Assembly (NCBI GenBank): GCA_030141605.1 | Contig: JAQGDQ010000130.1 | Coordinates: 453,974-517,973 of the forward strand | Reading direction: 5' to 3' | Source: Tubiluchus corallicola | Lineage: Eukaryota; Animalia; Priapulida | Length of the DNA: 64,000 nucleotides | Shown here: positions 1 to 10,231 of the stretch, piece by piece | How positions within the stretch are numbered: the first letter of the stretch is position 1 | How the letters are laid out: every line of letters starts with the position of its first letter | Translations under genes and position numbers: made by a program | Notes under the pieces: model-generated | The model's database searches: none | What the model was told of the DNA's origin: nothing | Seen by the model: the letters and a program-made list of their open reading frames with translations, nothing else

Positions 1-2
1 CT

Positions 3-137
3 TTGGCTAAGTTTTACAATTGCCTACACACATGAAGCAGTTTGTATAGGGTTAGTGTTAGGATTAGGGTTAGATTTAGGTTAGGGTTAAGGTTAGGGTA
101 TTTAAATTGTGTAGAGAATTGTAAACTCCTTCCCAAT
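3..137. mobile_element. Short MITE-like element with internal TTAGGG-like repeats
   Basis: TTTACAATTGCCTACACA (13-30) is nearly the reverse complement of TGTGTAGAGAATTGTAAA (108-125); these enclose degenerate (TTAGGG)n at 47-99. Confidence 0.5.
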
Positions 138-402
138 CTTTTCTTGTCGATATTGTTATTCTCTACCATTGTTTGCATGTTTTTGCCTTGGTAACACTGA
201 CATTACTATTCTTCAAGACTACACATTAGAAAGTAAGACAAATGCAGCGAAATTGATGATAGATGACTCATAATTCAAACAACAAAATATCATAAACGTT
301 AGGTGACCATATGGTATTTTTAATTAAATCACCATTAAACTGAGAAATAAGCAGTTATATATTTGAAACTGTAGAGGTATACCATTCGACTCATTCACAT
401 AC

Positions 403-611
403 CGTTAACTCCAGTTTCTTGTTGTACTCTTTCAGTATCAGACAGTGACTTGATATCACCATTTGCTATCACAGGAATATGTAAACTGTCATTAATTGTT
501 TTAATTGCTTCATAATTGGCTGGCTCACAACGCTGTTTGGGAGTGCGGCCGTGAACAGTTATGAAAGACACAGAAGCCGACTCAGCCTTTTTGCACAAAT
601 CAACTGTCTTC
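403..611 (-). CDS. DUS4L: DUS4L coding exon 6
   Basis: KTVDLCKKAESASVSFITVHGRT...IPVIANGDIKSL...TGVN; AG/GTATG. Confidence 0.93.
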
Positions 612-3600
612 CTGTATTTGTAGTATCAAAGAAATTATTACTCAAAAAAAACAGTTGGAGCTTCTTTCTGTCATTTCAGAGTTTTACTAAAATAAGAGAA
701 TAAATCTGATAATGTAAATAACGTAGGAAGTTATTTAGTGATGTAACATTGCAGAGAACTGCCAAAAAACAGAAACGTTCAGAATATCATCTGCATCATT
801 TCTTTACAGATAAGTATTAATGTGTTACATTGCCAAACCTGATTTTAAAACTAATTTTTATACCTGATATTATCGTGTATTCGTATCTTAATTGACAAGG
901 TAAATCTGCTGTCAGGAATACGATTCTTTGCCTGTCTGATCATGTCACTGACAAGCTCTGGCTTCTGGAGTAGACAAGCACCATAACCCTCTGCCATAGC
1001 CCATCTGAACATACACAAAAAACTACTGTATATAAAAAAAGTTTACTGAAATTTTGAAACTATCAATTAAAAGTAAAATGGCCTCATTACATGCTTGATA
1101 GTTAGTTTTGAGCAGCAAATTTATCTATTTTTATCTATTTCAGCATGCTAGTGCATGACACACTAGTTGTAATCTGTTACTGATGCTTTAATTTAACCAA
1201 AATATTCCATAATTATCCATCATAATTTCAGTACAATTCTCTACTGCTAAATTTTTTTTAATTTATTTACTTTTAAACTGTAAAACTAAAAGTCTTTTTG
1301 TAACTAATTTAATTCATTTCCTTTTACAAACTACAGGACATTATATCATTTATCACATAAACGTTTTGTGTCTATCAACAAAAAAATTCTTTCCTTAAAA
1401 AAGGAGCGGCCGAAGTAGTGACCAATGCATCTTTCACTGGTCCTACTCACATAATGTATTATTGAAATTGCTACTACTGCACATTGCATATGAAATGAAT
1501 GTTGAGGTAATAAACTGACTGAACTGAATTAATCTGTATACACCATACGAATGCATTATTATGTGCTTCATCATAGTTAAAGAAACTCAGAAAAACATTT
1601 AAAAATTCTTTGCATGAAACTGCGAAATACTAAGAACAACAATAATTTTGAACAAACCTTTGTGGACAGCCACAGTTCAGGTCTACACCATCAGCAAACC
1701 TACAAAATAGAGAATTTAATATTACAAGTTTTAGTATAAACAGACTGGTATGTGGCAAACTTGATCCGATATTTTTATCAACATAATAACCACACATAAT
1801 GTTTAAACGTTTATGAAAAGAAAACAATCTTCTGTTTACTGCTAGCAAACTTTTTTTGCTTGTTGAGCGTATAAAAATTTAAAATAATACAAATTTAGAG
1901 TAAATAAATTTTAAAACTTTACGACATTCAAAAACCTAAAGAAAATTGCTACCAATAGACGAAACATTGTTTTTGTTGTAATAAAAGTTTAAACATTATA
2001 TGTGGCTTGATAAGCATGTGTGCTTGCTAAGCATGTTAAAGTTCAATGAACTGGCCCAGCTTTATCACTAGGCAAACTAGGCAGTTGCCTACTGCACCAA
2101 ATAACATTGTGACTGACATGTTACCAAGTTCTTGTGCACAGTTTTTACTGTGTGCATAGGACAGCAGGCAAAGTAATGACTCTTTATATTAATAAAAAAG
2201 TTTCTTGCACTAGCATTTATCTAATTATGGCAAGTAAGAATTGAAACCTTTAGAAGGATGTAATACAGGAAACATTGAACAGCCGCAAAATTTTAAATGA
2301 AGTATTTGTAACCAGACCAGAGTTATTTGGTTTTGAAGATCATGACGCTAGTGAAATGGATGTCTGACTTAGACAGTGTTTCAAAAATTTATGAGGAAAA
2401 GGCTGAGCGAAATCTAGCGATGAGTATGTACATGAAGACTGCACAGCAGAAATTGTAGACACTTCAGTTAAGTAATACACTATAATACATGTATAGGCCC
2501 AACACCCAAGAACCATTATACTTTAATATATGCAACAGAAATTTAATTTTGAGGGTGGGTGCATGGGGTCTGTGGAGAAGGGGACAAGGGGTTCTGTTGA
2601 GATGGGGGCGCTAAAAATTCTTTTGTTGAGGGGCATCAAACTACTTAGAACTAGTCCTGTCAAAGAATACCTAGGAAAAAATCTCAAATCGTAAAGACAC
2701 AGTGAATTAACTCTAGAGAATAGTTACTCTAAGCCGACCAGAAACAAAATCAAAGAAATTGGCATCTATTTTAGCTTATCGTACATCGCATGTTTATGAC
2801 AGTCAAACAAACTGCCAGTTTTCTCAACGACAAATTCAATTTAAAACTTATAAGTGAAATTGTTGTGGTGAAGAACAACAGTGAGGCAAATACGATATCC
2901 AAAATTCATGTCTCGGACAGTGTACCAAGCATGTGCTACAGCTGACTGAAAACAATTTAATCTCTTAACTATTATTGTTCTGCAAGAAATACTCCAAGAA
3001 TCTATAATAAAAAAGCTATTTCTACATTTATTGCCAAACTACTCGTTATTAGCAGCTAGACTGAACTTTTTTATCAATTTAACAATGGTAATATATAAGA
3101 GATAGATTTTTCGGTGACAAGGAAAATGAATTCTTAAAATGAAAGTGCCAGCTAGCACCCACCTAAGCAAAGACATGGCTTTAATTCAGACACAGAACCT
3201 GCAACATTTTCGAGTAGTTATGATCATGTTCACGCAACAACCCACCTAAATAGATTTGATAATTCAAAATTATTGATTCTGTTAGCAGTAATTTTGATTT
3301 ACACAATTTTGAAAATCAACAAAAAAAACTTCTGTCAGAGCTTAACGCTTATTGTCTTCTCTGACCCTGGAATTATTTTGAACTGGTCATTGTAGCTGCT
3401 CGTTTATGTGCTGTTCATGCCCGTGCAAAGGTTTCTCTTATTACCACCCACAGGCAGTTCTTCTTATTATCAACAACAGGCATTAGTCTGAGAATGTATT
3501 TATTCATAATAACATAATTTTTTTTTGTGATTTGGCACACAATCACAAAATCTGTAAGCTTACAATTTAGTATTTGTCTTGTTTGCTTTTCACAATGTTG

Positions 3601-6155
3601 ACGTTTGTAATTTTTCTACACTATATTTTCATCTAGATGGGTTATCGGTGAATGTGACATGACTGGTCAAAATGCTGCAGATTGTGTGTGTCTGAATAAA
3701 AGCCATATCTTTGCTTAGGTGGGTGTTGGCTATTATTTTCCTTGTAAGGGACTGGGTTTAGATGCTAATATGTATACTAGCTCTTGGTATGTGTAAAAAA
3801 TTGACAGCAAGCTTACAATTACTTACGGAGCAATTATCTCAGTTGCATTAGCCAGCTCCACAGCATTCTTTGCAGCAAACTGAACAATAAGAGGCCTGTC
3901 TTCTAAATATAAAGAATGATCAAATGCATCAGTGATAACACAATCAGCTGAACACAGACCTGAAGTCTGAAGACTTCTGGGCCCAAGTTGCAAGTAAGCT
4001 CAAATAAACATAGACAAATGCAAAAAGTATAACGCAAATAATAAAATCATCTAAACACACGATATGAACTGTGGTAGATTGTGACATAGCATATGAACAG
4101 TGGTAGATTGTGACATAGCATATGAACAGTGGTAGATAGTGACATACTATATGAACAGTAGTAGATAGTGAGATAGCATATGACCATGCTAGATAGTGAC
4201 ATACTATATGAACAGTAGTAGATATTGAGATAGCTTATGAACATGCTAGATAGTGACATACTATATGAACAGTGGTAAATAGTATGACATACTATATGAA
4301 AAGTGGTAACTATTGAAATCTCAACATTAATACACTGCATTTACCATAACCAATACTTTTCCTAACAGCTAATTTTAAGTGTCTGTTACAGACTTAGCAT
4401 TACGTAAGAAATAATTACACTATAGGTACACTAATAAGTCTAATTTTTTTAGGAATGTGAACAATCCAGGCTAGGTGGATAATTTCTCTGGGGCAGACAT
4501 ATAACAATCGGAGAATTTGTGGTTTGGTTAATTTTTTTGAAGTTGGAACTCAAAACAAATTTCTCACTTGCACATTTGTAGTGATTTAAGAAATACTGCA
4601 TCAGGCAACACAAAGTAAATATACAAATACACAGTTAGGCCGACTACCAATCAGACACCTACTTCACACTGGAAAAGTGCATAAATCACTGACTGAAGAT
4701 GCTAAATAAGACACATTATTATGTTTATTGCAGTGCTGCTGTTTTTGTTTGCAATCACACTTTGAGTCCCATTTAATAAGAGTTTATTCTGAAAAATGGT
4801 TCTCTACAAAATTGCAAATGGCAATAGGTTGGTTATCATACCCTTACCGGCATTTGTTGTGAAGTCGCTGTCTCTTGCTTCGCTACTATTAAGAAAAGAT
4901 TCAGAGATAATCATTGGTGTGAATGCAAGATCAACTCCATATTTCCGAACTAAAGCCCTGAATGCAAGCCTGAAATAAATTTGTGATAAAATAGTTAATT
5001 ACTTCAAAGTAAAGATTAAATACAATAAACAAACAACCAAGCAAGCGTGAAACCATAAGTTATAAGTTATTCACATTTAGCAACATTTTGAAAGTTTATT
5101 GGCTTTTGACTTTAGTATAAATAGTCTTCAAATGAAGCAATGGAGAAGGCGAGCTGGCACCCGGAATTTAACGTAATATTAAGTGGATGTGGCAGGACAA
5201 TAATCTAGCTTACTACCAAGGATAATCCTCTGAGATCAGACATCAAACTGGCACTAGGGGAAACTACACAGATCTAATTCTCCCAGTGGTCACCTCTCTA
5301 TTTACAAGCCAACTCTATAGCATTGCTTAACTTTGTAAACAAGCACATAACAGTGAAAAATAAACTGAGCTCAGTTCTTTATTTAAGTAATGAAATTGCT
5401 TAGGTTGTTTAGCTAAGTGGCCTCTGTCAAAGGAACTTGAGAACATTGATCAATGTCTTTTATTTCATCTTTCTTCTAAATCTAAATGAGCGAGAATCAA
5501 CATGCACAAATTATGATTTCAAAAACAAGCTAAAACAAAACACGTAACATTATCATTAATTAGATTATGACTGTGAATGCCAGAAACCTTTTCTGGCATT
5601 TGCAATCATAACCTAATTAATGATAAAACAATATTTTAAATAGTTCTAATGAAATTCAAATACCAAAATTACTAGCAACCATATTATGAATAGCCTAAAA
5701 TCAAGAATGTGCCTGAACTTGGCTTTTAAGTATGTGACAACTGACAACACATGCTGCATGAGCTAGTACTCCTACCTAAAGTCCAGCATGGCCGCATAAA
5801 CACAAAAGCCAAACAGCACATTGCTTGAGCTGTGAGCGCACTGTGTTGGGCTGAGAAGCAAACAGTACTACCCTCACATGTTCTGGAATGTACAAGTATA
5901 AAAGAAAGAACTAAAGAAAAAAGATTTGTTATACTGAATATTATCGATAATATTGAGTGATAATAGGGGGTGCTGCAGTTTCACGTACCTATACACGAGC
6001 CGCCACTGCTAATTACTATTATCAATCTATGCTATTAGACAGCATTGGGAAGTGAATCACACAAGCAAAATAAATTTGGCTGCTCACTTGGAGTATCTGA
6101 CCATTGGCGCAGACACTTTCACATCTTTTTGCTCCAGAATTTTAACTATATCCAT
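403..6155 (-). CDS. DUS4L: tRNA-dihydrouridine(20a/20b) synthase DUS4-like; multi-exon, 3' end lies beyond window start
   Basis: Exons 6155-6088, 4969-4848, 3902-3827, 1699-1658, 1004-864, 611-403 splice in phase at GT-AG sites. Translation: MDIVKILEQKDVKVSAPMVRYSK-LAFRALVRKYGVDLAFTPMI...DRPLIVQFAAKN...DGVDLNCGCPQRWAMAEGYGACLL...SIKIRIH...ITVHGRT...IPVIANGDI. These are DUS-family motifs, and APMVRYSKLAFR and WAMAEGYGACL are characteristic of DUS4L. Confidence 0.95.
864..1004 (-). CDS. DUS4L: DUS4L coding exon 5
   Basis: WAMAEGYGACLLQKPELVSDMIRQAKNRIPDSRFTLSIKIRIHDNI; AG/GTATA. Confidence 0.93.
1658..1699 (-). CDS. DUS4L: DUS4L coding exon 4 (catalytic Cys motif)
   Basis: FADGVDLNCGCPQ; AG/GTTTG. 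Confidence 0.93.
1790..2005. mobile_element. Hairpin MITE
   Basis: ~60-bp imperfect terminal inverted repeats CCACACATAATGTTTAAAC... / ...GTTTAAACATTATATGTGG. Confidence 0.55.
2051..2659. mobile_element. Non-autonomous hAT-like element
   Basis: Degenerate CAGGGCCGG-type termini (CTGGCCCAGCTTTA ... TAGAACTAGTCCTG); flanks TCAATGAA / TCAAAGAA (7/8 match, 8-bp TSD). Confidence 0.6.
3117..3745. mobile_element. MITE with long TIRs
   Basis: ACAAGGAAAAT...CACCCACCTAAGCAAAGACATGGC vs GCCATATCTTTGCTTAGGTGGGTG...ATTTTCCTTGT; a related left end recurs at ~63798-63860. Confidence 0.7.
3827..3902 (-). CDS. DUS4L: DUS4L coding exon 3
   Basis: DRPLIVQFAAKNAVELANATEIIA; AG/GTAAG; phase consistent. Confidence 0.93.
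4062..4310. repeat. 29-bp minisatellite, ~8.5 copies
   Basis: Unit ATATGAACAGTGGTAGATAGTGACATAGC; explains the repetitive ORF 4047-4340. Confidence 0.9.
4848..4969 (-). CDS. DUS4L: DUS4L coding exon 2
   Basis: tttcag acceptor; LAFRALVRKYGVDLAFTPMIISESFLNSSEARDSDFTTNA; donor GTAAG. Confidence 0.93.
5550..5626. repeat. Short near-perfect palindrome
   Basis: TTATCATTAATTAGATTATGA...ATGCCAGAAA-cct-TTTCTGGCAT...TCATAACCTAATTAATGATAA. Confidence 0.7.
5876..6008. mobile_element. Right end of hAT-like MITE, same family as 19797-20323
   Basis: Similar to 20200-20323; ends GAGCCGCCACTG. Confidence 0.65.
6088..6155 (-). CDS. DUS4L: DUS4L coding exon 1
   Basis: ATG at 6155; MDIVKILEQKDVKVSAPMVRYS; donor GTGAG. 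Confidence 0.9.
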
Positions 6156-7039
6156 AACGTAGAAAAATCTACATTGGCATCAACATGTCACACCGATGTG
6201 ATTTCAAGAATACAAAGCACTCATTTCAATACAGAAAAAGCATTTAGCAATAAAAACACCTAAAAAAGAAAAATATTAGATTAGTGTAAAGAATGAACTG
6301 ACGTGTTTTGCCTTTTTTCATCGGCATATAATTAATTTGGTGTAATAGAACGCAACAGGGTGGAATGGTGTCATAAAAGTAATTTAAACTTAATGAACTC
6401 TCAGTGCTAGCTGTTGCCATCTGCTATGCAAAATGAAACAGAAATCTGCCTGTAGCAGGCCTAATGAATGACTCACATGTTCAGTTTTGTTTACGTGCTG
6501 CACATGAAAACAGTTGACATACCTATTATAAGATAAAGCATTCAGTGTTTATTCTTAAGTTACTGTGTAACATTTCTTACTAGAAATGACTGCATATGAA
6601 AAGCCAGAAATACAGTTGCATTGCTGACTGACTGAGTTCAAAGCTGAGAGTCTAACAGTAAAGTCAGTGAGTTTGTGGGTCTTTATGACAGTGATCCTAT
6701 GTAGAAAGTGACACCACTTGCTGTAAAGTAACATACAAATCAGACTTGACAGATAAAGATATCTCACTCTGCTTGAAAACTGCCGCTCACATTTATGATT
6801 ATTACTGCTTGCAAACAACTACATAATTTGGAAATACTTTAGTAACGACAGTTGCTACCACATAAGGTTCCACGAGCTTACATGTTCCCAAGAACAGCAT
6901 ACCAGTAACGTGAAGTAAAGTAGGCCTATATGGTTCACTGCACTTGGTATAAATATAACTTGACACTATAACTTATATGTAGGCCAGAGGTCAGTACTAA
7001 TTGCAAAGCACTCATCATCATCTAATGTCCACAGTACCA

Positions 7040-7740
7040 GAGATCAGTTTCAAGACTCTAATCCTGTGCCTGAAAGACAATGTAACTCATAGCCACTATA
7101 TGCGCAACCATTCAAATCAGTCAGTACCAATAATAGCAGGAACAAAACAGAAAGACTTGGGTGTTTTAACTGACCAGTCTCTCATGTTCGATGACAAAAT
7201 ATCCAAACGAGCTAGGAAATGATTATGGATGATAAGGTGCTCTTTCACCTATATGGATACTGATATGATGGCCATTTTATACAAACCATTCATAAGACCA
7301 ATATTAGACTATGGTGATGTAATTTGGTGTCCATCTAAACTTCAAGCAGTACTTAACGTAGAATCTGTTCAACGGAATATCACCAAATTAGTACCATCAA
7401 TTAAAGATCTACCATATGCAGAAAGAACGCAGAGAGTGAATTTACCACTTGTTAGAAGAAAAAGAGGTGACCAAATCATGTTGTGTTGTATGTATATATA
7501 ACAAGCTTACGAGAACTGATAGCAGAAAATATTTTTCAGTTAATCCACGTGGAGCGAGATACAAGATTACAAAGCCTATGTGTAGAAACAGATTCATATT
7601 CAGAGTGATAAATGTTTGGAACTCCCTCACCACATCGATAGATGGAGCACCACATCAGCAGATCAGTTCAAGAAGAAACTAGGCATGTATTGGGAAGATC
7701 ATCCAATGAAGTTCCACGATCCATTTCAGCCTGAGTGGAC
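7040..7740 (+). mobile_element. Degenerate CR1-group LINE, post-RT C-terminal part of ORF2
   Basis: Broken frames give KDLGVLTDQSLMF, LYKPFIRPILDYGDVIWCP, ESVQRNITKLVPSIKDLPYAER, RRKRGD, RVINVWNSL, all typical CR1/L2 ORF2 3' motifs. Confidence 0.85.
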
Positions 7741-7744
7741 TTCA

Positions 7745-8586
7745 AACGTTTTTAAAATCTAGCCCTCTGCAACACCATTCAGTCTATCATAAGTCAACAC
7801 ATCTGACCCATTTGCCATACCACCACTGACCTTACTTCCTCACCATACTATGATTAGCAATTTTTACTTCCCAGGAATCTTCGATGCTACATGATATAAC
7901 TAGGTGGTCACTTTTGCCAATTGGTGAATGTGACTGCAGGTTTGATACAATGTGCGGATTATTAACAATCAATAAGTCCAATAAAGTACGATTTTGGTCA
8001 CCCCTATATCTAGTTGGAAAAGTTACTACTTGCTCCATATATCCATTACATAGCATGTCCAAAAATTTGTTCTCTAAACTAATTTCTTGTGTAGAAGCAC
8101 TCCATGTACTCCAGTTTATTTTACTAAAATTGAAATCTCCACACACAACTTTCAGTTCTTCTTTTTTTCTGTCTAACTGTGCCAGCAATCTCAACAGGTT
8201 TTCATTTCCCTTATGACCAGATGATGGACTTCGGTATACACCTCCAAGCAAAACTTCTTTACCATTTAGCAGAAAATCTCAGCCCACAATGAGGAGGTGA
8301 AAATATTTGATAAGTTCGTAACTTGGATTGGTGCCAAATTACGTCTCACGTAAAGGATGATGCCTCTTCCATCCAAATTGCTGAACATATATTCTGGCAG
8401 GATCAATTGAGAGTGTTGCAAAGAATATCTAACATTTTTCGGATTTATCTCAGACGAGAAGATCACGTCAGGTTTTAGTTCCAGTAATCTCATTTTAATT
8501 TCCTGCATTTTATTTGTTAAGCAGCCAACATTTGAAACCAACAGTTTTACATTTTTATTAGGGTGTAGTTTTCTTGATGACCCCAT
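7745..8586 (-). mobile_element. Degenerate LINE apurinic-type endonuclease (APE) domain
   Basis: VSNVGCLTNK, PDVIFSSE, GGVYRSPSS, VCGDFN..INW, PTRYR, LDLLIVNN, GKSDH motifs, frameshifted. Confidence 0.88.
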
Positions 8587-8981
8587 AATTGCACTTTTTG
8601 CTACTTCGTGCCTCGTTTGGTGTACGTTGGGAATTACCTAATTAATTTACAAATCTCCAGTACACACCATATTCCAATCTCACTCTCAGTCAATTCAAAA
8701 CTATGAGTATGATGATAAGGTCGTGTAGTGAAAAATTCATGTAGTGATAAACTCATGTAGTGAAATATTTAATTAAACAAAACCGATGTGCAAAAATTTT
8801 TTATATTAAGCAAGCCTTCTTATCACATCAAACAGGATAAATGAGTGATACTGATGCTCCAAAGTTTAACTGCATTAATCCAGAAATTAACTGCATAATA
8901 TTAAACAGCTATTTTTCACGTTTTAATCACGCTGGTTTCAACAATAAGAAAACTCTTTGAAAACTAAACAAACTAAACGGC

Positions 8982-9046
8982 TATAAAAAAATCGGCGGTT
9001 TCCCTCATTGCTGACAGTAGTGGTGACACGTTTCCTAAAAGTAAGT
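8982..9046 (+). promoter_or_regulatory. Candidate COG5 core promoter and non-coding first exon
   Basis: TATAAAA 8982-8988, Inr-like TCATTG 9005-9010, consensus donor GTAAGT 9041-9046; a TAG acceptor ends at 10181, 4 nt before the COG5 ATG. Confidence 0.35.
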
Positions 9047-9462
9047 TGTGTGCCACTGCGAATGTGTGGTTAACACAGAAAATGAGACAATGAATGAATG
9101 ATAGAAGCATATCCCACAATATCACATGGGAAAAACAAAGACGTATGGGTAGTTATTTAAATTTTTTCCTAAGTTTACGGAGTTATCATTAATTAATGTT
9201 CATTTGTAAATTAGTCTGCATGATATCATATCTTGATAATTATACAGATATAATTTACTTTTCTCTTTTTGTTTCAATTTGAAAAGAATTATTAATACTC
9301 GAGTTAAAATTATAATTACCATATTATTATTTTTGTTCTCTAGTTAAAAATTTGAATATTTTTTTGTTTAGTAAATCACAGATAAATAAAGTATACATAA
9401 TTCAATGAAATAATATTTCATTGCTCAAGAAAATATTTCAGATGCTTTTTATGCATACATAT

Positions 9463-9471
9463 GTGTGTGTG

Positions 9472-9503
<32 letters not shown>

Positions 9504-9530
9504 TGCATGCGTGCGTGTGTATGTATGTAT
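9463..9530. repeat. Compound microsatellite (GT)n/(GCGT)n/(GTAT)n
   Basis: Direct reading. Confidence 0.9.
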
Positions 9531-10185
9531 ATACTTCAGTTTATATACAGTTATTATGTATGTACAGCGCTGCATAAAACTAATAATTTAATACTCAGCA
9601 TTGGGTGGCTCATTCAATAAGTGATGTTTTTCTTTCCTTTTGTTTAGTTTGTTTAATTTTATATTTATTCTCTATGTATTTTATTGTAATAAAAAAATAA
9701 ATGATTTGATTGTAGAGGAATTTTTGTGATTTTAAGATAACGTAAAAATTATTTGTGTGATTAAAACTAAAATTAGTAAAAAAGTATCGAAATTATACCA
9801 GTACTACTAGTACTATGTAGCCTATAGGCTTATGAATCTTAAAAGCATATAATTAAACCAGATTATGTAGATAAGGTATGGCTTGAGTACGGTCTACTAA
9901 ACAAGCACTTTAATCGCTTGTAAGAAGCATGTGTACTATAGCATCGATTTTGTTATGCTTGTTATGAAAACAAAATATATTTTCAATCTTGAAACTGACT
10001 AGTGTAAAACAGTTTTTTATCCAGTCATTATGGCTTTGAACTTCTTAAAACATTGTGCCTGAATCTTTTAAGGAAACATGAGTTTGGTGGTTGGTGGTAA
10101 AAATTGTACTCCATTAGACAGGTTCGAATATACGTTACTTTGTAAGACATTGTAAGAACTTCATCTGCCACTATTGTATAGAAGA

Positions 10186-10231
10186 ATGGAGTCGGACAAC
10201 ACCGATATGTGGCAGCAGCTAGAAGAAGATG
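10186..10231 (+). CDS. COG5: COG5 coding exon 1
   Basis: [15 protein letters not shown]; donor GTAAGT; phase matches exon 2. Confidence 0.8.

Noticed and set aside
47-99. True telomere or chromosome end
   Set aside because: Short, degenerate, intronic and enclosed by inverted repeats.
4047-4340. 97-aa repetitive ORF or CRISPR-like array
   Set aside because: 29-bp head-to-tail minisatellite in a DUS4L intron, with no spacers.
4796-4978. Plus-strand ORF; likewise 6045-6263 (+), 13967-14191 (-), 22658-22876 (-) and 23772-24017 (-)
   Set aside because: Antisense shadows of genuine DUS4L or COG5 exons.
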